A stretch of DNA of 64,000 bases from contig CAXXLV010000002.1 of NCBI GenBank assembly GCA_963664305.2, positions 1,536,001 through 1,600,000 on the forward strand, given 5' to 3'. The position numbers and the translations under genes were made by a program. Below, in pieces: positions 21,160-30,648 of this stretch. The stretch comes from an uncultured Aliarcobacter sp. Its GTDB lineage: Bacteria; Campylobacterota; Campylobacteria; Campylobacterales; Arcobacteraceae. The notes beneath the pieces are model-generated. The model ran no database searches, had not been told where the DNA came from, and saw only the letters and a program-made list of their open reading frames with translations. Numbering within the stretch: the first letter of the stretch is position 1; each line of letters begins with the position of its first letter.

Positions 21160-21235
21160 ATTATATCAAGGAGTTATAGCCTCAGAATAGCCCATAAATA
21201 GCCTATCTATAGCGTTTATATAGCTTAATTATAGC
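21160..21235 (-). promoter_or_regulatory. Porin promoter: six GCTA repeats at 11-bp period plus -10 TATAAT
   Basis: TAGC at 21177, 21188, 21199, 21210, 21221, 21232; ATTATA at 21160-21165. Confidence 0.85.
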
Positions 21236-21278
21236 ATTAATAAAAAATTATTTTTTTGTAATTTTAAGTACATTTTTT

Positions 21279-21683
21279 TTATTTGTATTTACCGTATTCC
21301 TTAAAAGTTTTATCTTCAAAAATAACAAAAACTGTTTTAGTTTCTTTATCATTTTCATAAGCTGGAAGAGATAATCCTATAGAATTTTTTACAGGATTTT
21401 TTAAAAAATCATTTATTGCTAGACTTGGAACATTTCCTTCAAATACAAAATCTTTATATATTGAAGTATTACAAGATTGTATCTCTTTTGGTATTCCAAC
21501 ATTTCTTTTTAATGCTTTCATATCAATCATTGATACAACATCCACACTTTCATTTACATCACTCTTGATTTTGTCTAACCAATCTTGGGGACAAGTGCTA
21601 CTAACTGGCTTAAATATTTGAATCTTTTCATCAAATGCAAATAGACTCAAAGCCAAAAACAAAATAAATACTAACTTTTTCAT
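21279..21683 (-). CDS. Exported DUF411-like protein with degenerate metal motifs
   Basis: GIPKEIQSCNT...FEGNVP...GLSLP resembles DUF411 SCHT...EGHVP...GLAVP. Confidence 0.55.
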   Translation of the reverse strand: MKKLVFILFLALSLFAFDEKIQIFKPVSSTCPQDWLDKIKSDVNESVDVVSMIDMKALKRNVGIPKEIQSCNTSIYKDFVFEGNVPSLAINDFLKNPVKNSIGLSLPAYENDKETKTVFVIFEDKTFKEYGKYK

Positions 21684-22381
21684 ATTTCTCCTTCTAATAT
21701 TTTGGGATAAGTTTTAAATAATCTATTTTTTATTTCATCAATTTTTTCCATATCAAACTCTTGATTATTTTCATTTTTATATTCATAGATTATTTTGGCT
21801 GGATTTTTACCAAAAAACAAAATCCTATTTGAAAGATATATCGCTTCACTTAAATCATGAGTAACTAAAATCACACTACTTTTAAACTCTTTGCAAAGAT
21901 TTAAAAAAAATCTTTTTAGATTTAGTGCAGTTGGAAAATCCAAAGATAAAAATGGTTCATCAAGAAGTACGATTTTTGGTTCATTGATAAAAGTTCTAAT
22001 CAAAGCAATTCGTCTTGCCATTCCACCAGAGATTTCATTTGGGTATTTTTCTAAAATATCTTTTTTTAATTCAACAAAAGATAAAAACTTTTCAATCTTT
22101 TTTATATCTTTATTTTTAGAAAATAAAAGCAAATTCTCTTTTATTGTAAGCCAAGGTAATAATAGATTTTCTTGAAACATATATCCGATATTTGAAGATT
22201 TTAAGTTTACATTTCCTATAAACTCTTTATCCAAAGAAGCAACTATTTTTAATAAAGTTGTTTTACCACAACCAGATGGTCCAATAATTGATAAAAATTC
22301 TGAATCTTTTATATTGATTTTTATATCTTCTAAAATTTTGTTTTTTTCATAATATTTTGTTTTGATTTCTATATTTATCAT
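21680..22381 (-). CDS. NitT/TauT-type ABC ATP-binding protein
   Basis: GPSGCGKTT, LLPWLT, ISGGMARR, LLDEPF. Confidence 0.88.
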   Translation of the reverse strand: MINIEIKTKYYEKNKILEDIKINIKDSEFLSIIGPSGCGKTTLLKIVASLDKEFIGNVNLKSSNIGYMFQENLLLPWLTIKENLLLFSKNKDIKKIEKFLSFVELKKDILEKYPNEISGGMARRIALIRTFINEPKIVLLDEPFLSLDFPTALNLKRFFLNLCKEFKSSVILVTHDLSEAIYLSNRILFFGKNPAKIIYEYKNENNQEFDMEKIDEIKNRLFKTYPKILEGEI

Positions 22382-22382
22382 T

Positions 22383-23117
22383 TTAAATCCATCTTCTATA
22401 TTTTTTTTCCATAGGAGTTAAAAACAATCTTTCAAACAAAAATATAATAAAAATAAAACAAAAAGTATAAGCAAATATTGATGTTATATCAAAGTATTGG
22501 AAAAACATAGAGATTTGAAAACCAACTCCATCACTTCTTCCTAAAAGTTCAACAACCAAAACCAATTTCCAAATCAAAGATATAGCAATTCTACTACTTG
22601 AAATCAAAGATGGATACAAATAAGGAATATAGATTTTAAATAGCGTCTCTTTAAAATTTAGGTTATATACTTTTACTAATTGTAAATATTTTTTATCCAA
22701 AGAACTAACTGCCTCTTTTATATTTACAATGATAATTGGAACTTTGTTTATAACAACAGCTAAAATCAAAGAAAAATCAGTTAATCCAAACCAAATATAA
22801 CAAATAACTATTGTTACAAGAGCTGGAATATTTAAAGCAATTAACAAAAAGATAGAAAAAAAGTTTTCAATTTTTGTTGAAATTCCCATCAAAAATCCCA
22901 AAAATATTCCAATAATCATAGTAATAACAAAAGCTAAAACAACTCGATATAAAGTAATACTAATATTTTCAATCAAATCTTTGTTTTTAAAATGTTCAAC
23001 AATAGAATAAAAAATATCAATCAAAGATGGAAAAAGTTCTGAATTTACTAAAAGTGAAATTGCTTGCCAAACAATACAAAAAAGAATTATTGAAAATATT
23101 TTTGTTTCATTAAACAT
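22383..23117 (-). CDS. NitT/TauT-type ABC permease
   Basis: Multiple TM segments; WKLVLVVELLG..DGVG motif. Confidence 0.85.
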   Translation of the reverse strand: MFNETKIFSIILFCIVWQAISLLVNSELFPSLIDIFYSIVEHFKNKDLIENISITLYRVVLAFVITMIIGIFLGFLMGISTKIENFFSIFLLIALNIPALVTIVICYIWFGLTDFSLILAVVINKVPIIIVNIKEAVSSLDKKYLQLVKVYNLNFKETLFKIYIPYLYPSLISSSRIAISLIWKLVLVVELLGRSDGVGFQISMFFQYFDITSIFAYTFCFIFIIFLFERLFLTPMEKKYRRWI

Positions 23118-24074
23118 TTATTGAACCTTATAAAAAATATCTTTTTCTAAAACTCTGCTCTCTTGTGATAAATCATCTTTTCCTTCATTTAATAAAAGTG
23201 AAAATATTTTTTCTATGTCTTTAATATTTTCATTTGTAAAATCTTTTATAATTGATTTTTTATATCCCTCTTTTAATGCTTCAAAATCATTTTCATTATC
23301 AACTTTCATTATATCTTTTAATCTATCCCACTCTTTTTCGCTACTATTTAAAATATCTTTTGCTTCAAAACTAGCCTTTAAAAAAGAGTTTATTAAATCA
23401 TGATTTTCAATTGAAAAATCTTTATAAAATGTCCAACCAACAAAAGGAATATCACTATTTACTCCAAATTCACTAAAAACATTTTCCATTAGAACTAAAG
23501 GTTTCATACCAAATTTTTCTAATTTTGCATTAAAATGCCAATAATTTATACTTGCATTCAAAGACTCATCTTCCATTTTTTTATATAAAATTGGTGCTGT
23601 TGCAAAAACTGGTTTTACTATATTTTTTAAATCTAAATTATATTTTTTCTTTGCATAAGCTCTTAAAATAATCCAAGTTTTATCATCAACTCCACCTGCA
23701 ATTCCCAATTCTTTATCTTTTAAATTTTCAAAAGTTTTTATTTCACTTTTAGGATTTATATAAAGAGTTCCTGTAGCTTTTGAATAAGGATAAAAAACAA
23801 ATTGTTTATTTTTATCTCTTTGTGTATTTACCCAAATCCAATCATTTACAATCATATCTACACTTTTTGATTGAAGTGCGATTAATTGGGCATTTTTTGA
23901 AGCTAATTGAGTAAGTTGTAAGTCAAATCCATACTTTTTATCAAGTTCATAATGTTTAATTACATCTAATTCCCAGTTTACTGTTCCATAATTTAAAACA
24001 CCTATTTTCAAAACATTTTGTGCATACAAATTTGATATTATTAAAGCTACTATAAATAGGACTTTTTTACTCAT
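23118..24074 (-). CDS. NitT/TauT-type ABC substrate-binding protein
   Basis: Signal peptide; GTVNWEL, DWIWV, GIAGGVDDKTW; SD GGGAG before ATG 24074. Confidence 0.8.
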   Translation of the reverse strand: MSKKVLFIVALIISNLYAQNVLKIGVLNYGTVNWELDVIKHYELDKKYGFDLQLTQLASKNAQLIALQSKSVDMIVNDWIWVNTQRDKNKQFVFYPYSKATGTLYINPKSEIKTFENLKDKELGIAGGVDDKTWIILRAYAKKKYNLDLKNIVKPVFATAPILYKKMEDESLNASINYWHFNAKLEKFGMKPLVLMENVFSEFGVNSDIPFVGWTFYKDFSIENHDLINSFLKASFEAKDILNSSEKEWDRLKDIMKVDNENDFEALKEGYKKSIIKDFTNENIKDIEKIFSLLLNEGKDDLSQESRVLEKDIFYKVQ

Positions 24075-24103
24075 AATTACTCCCAATTTTTATTAATTTT
24101 GCA

Positions 24104-24188
24104 ATTGTATATAAATTTTATAGCGTGAATTTAGCAATGAAAAGAATTTTTCCATCGCTATAATTAGGCTATAAAGAGGGTTTATAAT
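24104..24188. promoter_or_regulatory. Second divergent promoter pair with GCTA repeats
   Basis: Minus: TAGC 24121/24132, -10 TACAAT 24104-24109. Plus: GCTA 24157/24168, -10 TATAAT 24183-24188. Confidence 0.8.
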
Positions 24189-24221
24189 TCCACTAATCAA
24201 AAAAAATTGAAAAGGAAAATT

Positions 24222-24626
24222 ATGAAAAAAATAAGTTTAGCGGTTTTAGCAACTGCAGTTTTTGCTTTTGGACATGGAAGTGTTACACCTCAAGCAATTG
24301 ATACAAAATCATTAAAACAACTTGGAAAAGAGTGGTTAGGTGAGAATCCTTATAAAGGTGACAAAAAAGCTGAAGAGTTAGGAAAATATGCATATAGCGA
24401 AAACTGTGCTAGATGTCATGGTTTAGATGCAATTTCTGGTGGGGTTGCTCCTGATTTAAGAGCATTAGATGAAGGGATTGATGGTGATGAGTGGTTCTTA
24501 GAAAGAATCAGAGGTGGTGCTGTTAGAAATGGAAATGTTTATATGCCTCCATTTGAAGGTGTATTAACACAAGAAGCTATGTGGGCTATTAGAGCTTACT
24601 TAATTACATTACCAAAGCCTGAATAA
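24222..24626 (+). CDS. pedF: Cytochrome c-550 (PedF/ExaB-like)
   Basis: HGSVTPQAID, CARCHGL.AISGG.APDLR, YMPPF, QEAMWAIR. Confidence 0.88.
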   Translation: MKKISLAVLATAVFAFGHGSVTPQAIDTKSLKQLGKEWLGENPYKGDKKAEELGKYAYSENCARCHGLDAISGGVAPDLRALDEGIDGDEWFLERIRGGAVRNGNVYMPPFEGVLTQEAMWAIRAYLITLPKPE

Positions 24627-25486
24627 TGTTTTTCAAACTTTTTGTAATTCTATTCTTATCTGTTCTAGCAATTGCAAGAAGCATTGACCAAATAAAAGAG
24701 AGTGGAGAAATCATCATAGCAGTTTATGAGGATTTTCCTCCTTACTCTTTTAAAGAAAATGGTGTTGCAAAAGGTATAGATGTAGAAGTTGGAAAACTAA
24801 TCGCTAAATCTTTAAATGTAAAACCAGTATGGTATTTTACGGGTTTTGATGAAAATTTATCTGCAGATTTAAGAAATACAATTTGGAGAGGAAATCTTAT
24901 TCACAAAACAAAAGCTGATGTAATGCTTAGAATTCCTTATGATTACGATTATCTAAGAATGACTGATAAATACACTGGTGAATTAGAAAATGAAAAAGTA
25001 TCAATAAAAGCTCCATATCAAAGTGATAAATGGATTATTGCAACACATAAAAAAGTAATTCCAGAGATAAAAACACTTGGTATTTTTGCATATAACACTA
25101 TTGGTGTTGAAGTAGATACGCTTCCTGATTTTCATCTAATGAGTATTAGAACTATTGGTAAAAATGTAAAACACTACACAAAATTTGAAGATGCTTTTAA
25201 AGATTTTAAAGATGGGAAAATTGATGCAATTGCAGGTTTAAAAACTCAACTTCAATATCTTTTAAATTATAAAAAGAATAAAGATTTATACTATCTTACA
25301 GATGGTATTCCTATGCTTCCAACTAATCATTGGGATTTAGCAACTGCTGTTTCTAGTAGTTATAAAGACCTTAGTTATCATATTGATAATGTTGTAGAAG
25401 ATGCTTACAAAGATGGAAAAATTAAAAAAATCTTTGAAAAATTTAATGTGGAGTATCAAGAGCCGATTTCAAAAACACAAAAATAG
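24626..25486 (+). CDS. Periplasmic binding-fold protein of quinoprotein dehydrogenase clusters (PedG-like)
   Basis: VYEDFPPYSF, GIDVE, DENLSADLRN.IWRG, ADVMLRIPYD. Confidence 0.75.
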   Translation: MFFKLFVILFLSVLAIARSIDQIKESGEIIIAVYEDFPPYSFKENGVAKGIDVEVGKLIAKSLNVKPVWYFTGFDENLSADLRNTIWRGNLIHKTKADVMLRIPYDYDYLRMTDKYTGELENEKVSIKAPYQSDKWIIATHKKVIPEIKTLGIFAYNTIGVEVDTLPDFHLMSIRTIGKNVKHYTKFEDAFKDFKDGKIDAIAGLKTQLQYLLNYKKNKDLYYLTDGIPMLPTNHWDLATAVSSSYKDLSYHIDNVVEDAYKDGKIKKIFEKFNVEYQEPISKTQK

Positions 25487-25495
25487 GAGATTTAT

Positions 25496-26245
25496 ATGAA
25501 AAAAATATTTTTACTGGTTTTATCTTTTTTGATAATTCAAAATTTATACGCCAATAATCCAGTAGCTTCTCCTACTTTTGACTCACTATTAAGTGAATTT
25601 ATCAAAAATGACAAATATATTTTTGATGATAAAAATATAACTATCAAAGTACCAAGTTTTGCTGACAATCCAATCCAAGTGCCAATCTTCGTAGATGCTA
25701 AAAAAATAAAAAATGCAAAAAGAGTTATTGTTTTTGCAGATTTAAATCCAATCCCAAAAATCATTGATATGAATTTAGAAAATGGTCTTTTACCTATTAT
25801 TTCTGTAAATATAAAAGTAGCACAAGAGACACCTCTACGAGCATTAGTTTTAGATGATAAAAATATTTGGCATATTGGAAGTAAAAATATAAAAAGTTTT
25901 GGTGGAGGTTGTTCTGTTTCAAGTGCAGCTTCAGGAGATTCTGATTATGACAAACTTTTAGGTAAAGGTAAAGCTGAAATTTTTAAAAATGAAAATAGTT
26001 TTAGAATAAAAAGTTCAATATTTCATCCTATGGAAACAGGTTTAATATTTGGAAATACTGAATTTTATATAAATAAAATAGTTCTAAAAGCTAACAATAA
26101 AGAGTTTGGAGAAGTTTTAGTTTATTCTGCTGTTAGTGAAAATCCAAGATTTATTTTTGAAACAAATATAGATGAAAAAGAGTACAAACTTGAATTTATG
26201 GATACAGATTCAAATAAATTTATTCAAACAATAACTAAGGAATAA
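25496..26245 (+). CDS. Quinoprotein dehydrogenase-associated SoxYZ-like carrier (fused)
   Basis: DLNPIP, GGGCS swinging-arm Cys, HPMETG, SENP. Confidence 0.85.
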   Translation: MKKIFLLVLSFLIIQNLYANNPVASPTFDSLLSEFIKNDKYIFDDKNITIKVPSFADNPIQVPIFVDAKKIKNAKRVIVFADLNPIPKIIDMNLENGLLPIISVNIKVAQETPLRALVLDDKNIWHIGSKNIKSFGGGCSVSSAASGDSDYDKLLGKGKAEIFKNENSFRIKSSIFHPMETGLIFGNTEFYINKIVLKANNKEFGEVLVYSAVSENPRFIFETNIDEKEYKLEFMDTDSNKFIQTITKE

Positions 26246-26247
26246 AA

Positions 26248-27150
26248 ATGAGATTTTTAATTCTTTTTTATTGTACATTTTTATTTTCTGCCCAGTTTGA
26301 TTATAAGTTAAAACCTATAAAATTAAATGAAAATAGCTACTATTTTTATGGAAAAGAAGAATACTTTTCAACAAAAAATGGTGGAGATATAGCAAACACT
26401 TCATTTATAATCACAAAAAACAGTGTTATTTTAATAGATACCGGAAGTTCAGAACTTTATGGTGAGCAGATTAAAAAGGCTATTTCTAAAATCACTTCAA
26501 AACCTATAAAATATATCATAAACACGCACCATCATCCTGACCATTTTTTAGGAAATAGTGCTTTTATAAATAGCAATATTTATGCTTCAAAATTTACAAA
26601 AGAAGAGATAGAAAACAATGGAGAATTGTATATTACAAATCTAACAAATTTAGTTAATGAAGCAATATCAAATACTAAAGTAAAAGCTCCAAATCAAATA
26701 TTAAATTCAAAAGAATTAGATTTTGATGGTTACAAGTTGAAAGTTTTATATTTTGATGGACATACAAAAAGTGATGTTGCTATTTATGATGAAAAAACAA
26801 AAATTCTTTATGCCTCTGATTTAATTTTTAATAAAAGAACAATGGCTACACCACATGCAAATATAAATAAGTGGATAGCCTCTTTAAAAGAGTTAAAAAA
26901 TATAGATTTTAAACTCACAGTGCCAGGACATGGAATTGCTTTTGAAAATAAAAGTGTAATTGATGAAAATATTAATTATTTAAAATATTTGGATAATACT
27001 CTAAAAAATAGTGCAAAAAAAGGACTTGATATATTTGAAATTTTAAATCTTCCTATTCCAAAAGAGTTCAATAACTTTACAATGTTTAAAGAAGAGTTTG
27101 AAAGAAGTGTTATAAATCTTTATCCAACTTATGAAAAAGAGTTAAATTAA
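26248..27150 (+). CDS. Quinoprotein relay system zinc metallohydrolase (SoxH-like MBL fold)
   Basis: NGGDIAN, IDTG, THHHPDHFLGN, GHT..D, VPGHG. Confidence 0.85.
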   Translation: MRFLILFYCTFLFSAQFDYKLKPIKLNENSYYFYGKEEYFSTKNGGDIANTSFIITKNSVILIDTGSSELYGEQIKKAISKITSKPIKYIINTHHHPDHFLGNSAFINSNIYASKFTKEEIENNGELYITNLTNLVNEAISNTKVKAPNQILNSKELDFDGYKLKVLYFDGHTKSDVAIYDEKTKILYASDLIFNKRTMATPHANINKWIASLKELKNIDFKLTVPGHGIAFENKSVIDENINYLKYLDNTLKNSAKKGLDIFEILNLPIPKEFNNFTMFKEEFERSVINLYPTYEKELN

Positions 27151-27157
27151 AATTAAT

Positions 27158-28603
27158 TTAACTCTTTTTCTTTGAAACTTTTTCCATAAATCTAAAAAGT
27201 AATCTAACACCTGCACCAGTTGCTCCATAAGGATTACAATCCCACTCTTCTTGTCTATACGAAGGTCCAGCCAAATCAAAATGTAGCCATTTATTTTTAT
27301 TTTCTTCTTTGATAAATTTACTTAAAAATATCGCTGCTGTTATTGCTCCACCATTTTTGTTTGAACTTGTATTTATCATATCTGCAACTTCACTTTTTAA
27401 TCTTTTTTCTAAAAATTGATTAAAAGGTAAGAAACCTACTAATTCACCTGATTTCATTGAAGCTTTTTGGATTTTTGATTTTAACTTATCATTATAACCC
27501 ATAATTGCATGAGTATAACCACCAAATGCCATAATACTAGCTCCCGTTAAAGTTGCTAAATCAAAAATATAATCTATCTCTTTTATTTCATCTTGTGCGT
27601 AACATAAACAATCAGCAAGTACTAGTCTTCCTTCAGCATCAGTGTTTGTAACTTCTATTGATTTTCCATTTTTTGCAATCAAAACATCATCTGGTTTATA
27701 TGCATCTCCACCTATCATATTTTCAACTGCACCAATTATTCCATGAACTTCTAAAGGCAAATTATATTTTGATAAAACATCAAATATTCCCAAAATTGCA
27801 CTTGCTCCTGCTTTATCACATTTCATTGATACCATTCCATCACCTCTTTTAAGGCTTAATCCACCAGTATCATAAGTTACGCCTTTTCCAACAATTACAA
27901 TCTTTGCTTTAGCTTCTTTTGCTTTATATGATAGATGTACTAATTGACTCTCATTTACAGAAGCTTTTCCAACACTAAACATTGCATTCATACCATTTTT
28001 TAAAAGATAATCTTCTCCAAAAACTTTACATTTTATATTTTTATTTTTTGCAAGTTCTAAAGCTTTTTGAGAAAAACTTTTTGGAACAAATTCAAATGGA
28101 GGAGTATTAACTATATCTCTTGTATAGTTTACTCCTTGTGTTAATAATAGAGTTTTATTTAACTCATCTTCTAACTTTTCTTTACTTTTAGAACTTGATT
28201 TGATTGAAATCTTTATCTCATTTATATTTAAAATATTTTTTGAATTTTTATATCTATCAAAACTATAACTTCCAAGCATTAAACCTTCAACAATATCTTT
28301 TATTTTTAATTCTAATCCATTTTGATTTATGTCTAATTTGATAGTTTCAATTTTTTTATTTTTTAAAAAATTTATAGTTTTAAATATTGCTATTTTTATA
28401 TTTTCAGATTTAAAATCCAAACAAGAGATATAAAGTATTTTTGATTCATAATCCAAATGGATATTATAAGAATCTTTAAAAAAATTTATTTTTTCTAATG
28501 TTTCAATAAGTTTTGTAGATAATTTTTCACTTTTTTGAATAATTTTCAGTTCAAAAAAAGCATCAATTTTATTTATATTTTTTTCATAAAGATTTATTTG
28601 CAT
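27158..28603 (-). CDS. pepA: M17 leucyl aminopeptidase
   Basis: GKGVTYDTGG, MKCDKAG, NTDAEGRLVLAD, ATLTGA, WLHFDLAG. Confidence 0.88.
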   Translation of the reverse strand: MQINLYEKNINKIDAFFELKIIQKSEKLSTKLIETLEKINFFKDSYNIHLDYESKILYISCLDFKSENIKIAIFKTINFLKNKKIETIKLDINQNGLELKIKDIVEGLMLGSYSFDRYKNSKNILNINEIKISIKSSSKSKEKLEDELNKTLLLTQGVNYTRDIVNTPPFEFVPKSFSQKALELAKNKNIKCKVFGEDYLLKNGMNAMFSVGKASVNESQLVHLSYKAKEAKAKIVIVGKGVTYDTGGLSLKRGDGMVSMKCDKAGASAILGIFDVLSKYNLPLEVHGIIGAVENMIGGDAYKPDDVLIAKNGKSIEVTNTDAEGRLVLADCLCYAQDEIKEIDYIFDLATLTGASIMAFGGYTHAIMGYNDKLKSKIQKASMKSGELVGFLPFNQFLEKRLKSEVADMINTSSNKNGGAITAAIFLSKFIKEENKNKWLHFDLAGPSYRQEEWDCNPYGATGAGVRLLFRFMEKVSKKKS

Positions 28604-28673
28604 AATTATTCCTTTGGTTTTAATTATATATTTTTAATACCAAAAAAAGGATTTTATTTAGAAGAAAGAGTAG

Positions 28674-28702
28674 ATATTTTAGAGGAATTTCCTCTAAAAT
28701 AT
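28674..28702 (-). terminator. Hairpin after fba
   Basis: ATATTTTAGAGGA-ATT-TCCTCTAAAATAT inverted repeat. Confidence 0.6.
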
Positions 28703-29769
28703 TAGTTTTTATTTAAAGCACAAAGATCAGAGAAAGCAACTTCAAGTCTAGCTATCATTGTTTCTTGACCAGCTCTTAAGAATTTTCTTGGGTCATAGTA
28801 GTTTTTATTTGGTTTATCTTCACCTTCTGGGTTACCGATTTGTCCTTGTAAATAATCATGGTATTTAGCTTCGTAAGCTCTTACACCATCCCACATTGCC
28901 CATTGAGTATCAGTATCAATGTTCATTTTAATAACACCATAAGAGATAGCTTCTCTAATTTCACTTAAAAGTGAACCTGAACCACCATGGAAAACAAAGT
29001 CAACTGGTTTATCAGAAGTTTTTAATTTATCTTGAATATATTTTTGTGAATTATCTAAGATTTTTGGACTTAAAACAACATTTCCTGGTTTATATACACC
29101 ATGAACATTTCCAAAAGATGCAGCAATTGTAAAATTCTCTCCAACTTCTTTTAATTTTTCATAAGCATAACAAACTTCTTCTGGTTGTGTATAAAGTAAA
29201 GCATTATCAACATCACTGTTATCAACACCATCTTCTTCACCACCAGTAATTCCAAGTTCAATTTCAATCATCATATCTAATGCATTCATTTTTTTGAAAT
29301 ACTCAACACAAATTTCAATATTTTCTTCTAAACTCTCTTCACTTAAATCAAGCATATGAGAAGTAAATAAAGGTCTTCCTGTTTGTTCAAAATGTTTTTT
29401 ACCTGCATCTAATAATCCATCAATCCAAGGTAAAAGTTTTTTTGCTGCATGGTCAGTATGTAAAATAACTGGAATACCATAAGCTTTTGCCATTGTATGA
29501 ACATGGTTTGCACCACTAATTCCACCAAGAACTGCTGCATCTGAAGTTTTTAAACCTTTTCCAGCATAAAACCCAGCTCCACCATTTGAAAATTGGATAA
29601 TAACTGGCGAATTAACTTTTGCCGCTGCTTCTAAAACAGCATTAACTGAATCAGTTCCTACAACATTAACTGCAGGAATTGCAAAATTGTTCTCTTTTGC
29701 ATAATTAAAAAGTTTTTTTGCTTCACTACCAGTTAAAACACCTGGTTTTACTACATCTAATACACCCAA
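28702..29769 (-). CDS. fba: Fructose-bisphosphate aldolase class II
   Basis: LHTDH, SHMLDLSE, GGEEDG, FGNVHGVYKPG, YYDPR. Confidence 0.95.
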   Translation of the reverse strand: MGVLDVVKPGVLTGSEAKKLFNYAKENNFAIPAVNVVGTDSVNAVLEAAAKVNSPVIIQFSNGGAGFYAGKGLKTSDAAVLGGISGANHVHTMAKAYGIPVILHTDHAAKKLLPWIDGLLDAGKKHFEQTGRPLFTSHMLDLSEESLEENIEICVEYFKKMNALDMMIEIELGITGGEEDGVDNSDVDNALLYTQPEEVCYAYEKLKEVGENFTIAASFGNVHGVYKPGNVVLSPKILDNSQKYIQDKLKTSDKPVDFVFHGGSGSLLSEIREAISYGVIKMNIDTDTQWAMWDGVRAYEAKYHDYLQGQIGNPEGEDKPNKNYYDPRKFLRAGQETMIARLEVAFSDLCALNKN

Positions 29770-29779
29770 TTTAATCTCC

Positions 29780-30589
29780 TTATTTAATTACTATTTTTGC
29801 GTCTTTTCTTAATTCGTCTGTTAATTCTTTTACTTTTTTATTATACGTATTTCCTAATAAAATTTGAGAAATATTTCCTTCTACTTCATTGAAAGTTAAA
29901 GATTTTGCAGGAATTTTATCTTTTAAATAAATAATATGATAACCAAATTGTGTTTTTGTTGGAACTTTAGAATATGCACCTTTTGCTAATGCTTTTGCTG
30001 CAGTTGAAAATTCTGGAACCATTTGATCTGCTGCAAATTTACCTAAATATCCACCATTTTTTTTACCAGTTGGGTCTTCAGTTTTAGCTAAAGCTAATTC
30101 TTTAAATTTTTCTTCTTTGTTTGTAGCTTTATCTAATTGTTTGATGATATCAAAAGCTTCTTTTTCAGTTTTTACTAAAATGTGACTAGCTTCTAAAGTT
30201 TCTGGCATAACAAATTTTTCTTTGTTTTTTTCATAGAAATCTTTTTTTTCTGCATCTGTAAATTTGATTTTTTCAATTTGATTTTTTTGCCATACTTGGA
30301 AAGCTAAATCTTCTTTGATTTTTGTAATTGTTTCAACATATTGAGGATCTTTTTCAATTCCTTCTTCAATTGCTTTTTTAGCTAATAATTTTCTATTGAT
30401 TATTTGCTCTAAAACTTGTTTTTTTGCATTCTCTGGTAATTTATCAAAATCGATTCTTGGATCTTGTAAAGCCATTGAGATATCTTGTTTAGTGATTTGC
30501 TCACCATCAACTGTAGCATAAAAATCAGCTGCATTTAAAGTTGTAATTAAAGCAACTGAAGCAACGAAACTAGACACTATTTTTTTCAT
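29780..30589 (-). CDS. Periplasmic parvulin PPIase (Peb4/Cbf2/PrsA-like)
   Basis: ASHILV, GGYLG, MVPEF, TQFGYHII; signal peptide; upstream of fba. Confidence 0.9.
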   Translation of the reverse strand: MKKIVSSFVASVALITTLNAADFYATVDGEQITKQDISMALQDPRIDFDKLPENAKKQVLEQIINRKLLAKKAIEEGIEKDPQYVETITKIKEDLAFQVWQKNQIEKIKFTDAEKKDFYEKNKEKFVMPETLEASHILVKTEKEAFDIIKQLDKATNKEEKFKELALAKTEDPTGKKNGGYLGKFAADQMVPEFSTAAKALAKGAYSKVPTKTQFGYHIIYLKDKIPAKSLTFNEVEGNISQILLGNTYNKKVKELTDELRKDAKIVIK

Positions 30590-30630
30590 TTTATTCCTTG
30601 AAATTATATTTGGCGTATTTTATCTTTTCA

Positions 30631-30648
30631 TAGTTAATAAATAGTTGA
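30631..30648 (+). repeat. attL core TAGTTAATAAATAGTTGA
   Basis: Exact copy at 40015-40032; flanking sequences differ. Confidence 0.88.

Noticed and set aside
21177..21235. Six-fold TAGC periodicity as a mini-CRISPR or iteron array
   Set aside because: Units are only 11 bp and match the promoter boxes found at six other sites
30631..30648. att core as a dif site or tRNA 3' end
   Set aside because: No resemblance to difH as I recall it or to a tRNA; the element encodes its own integrase
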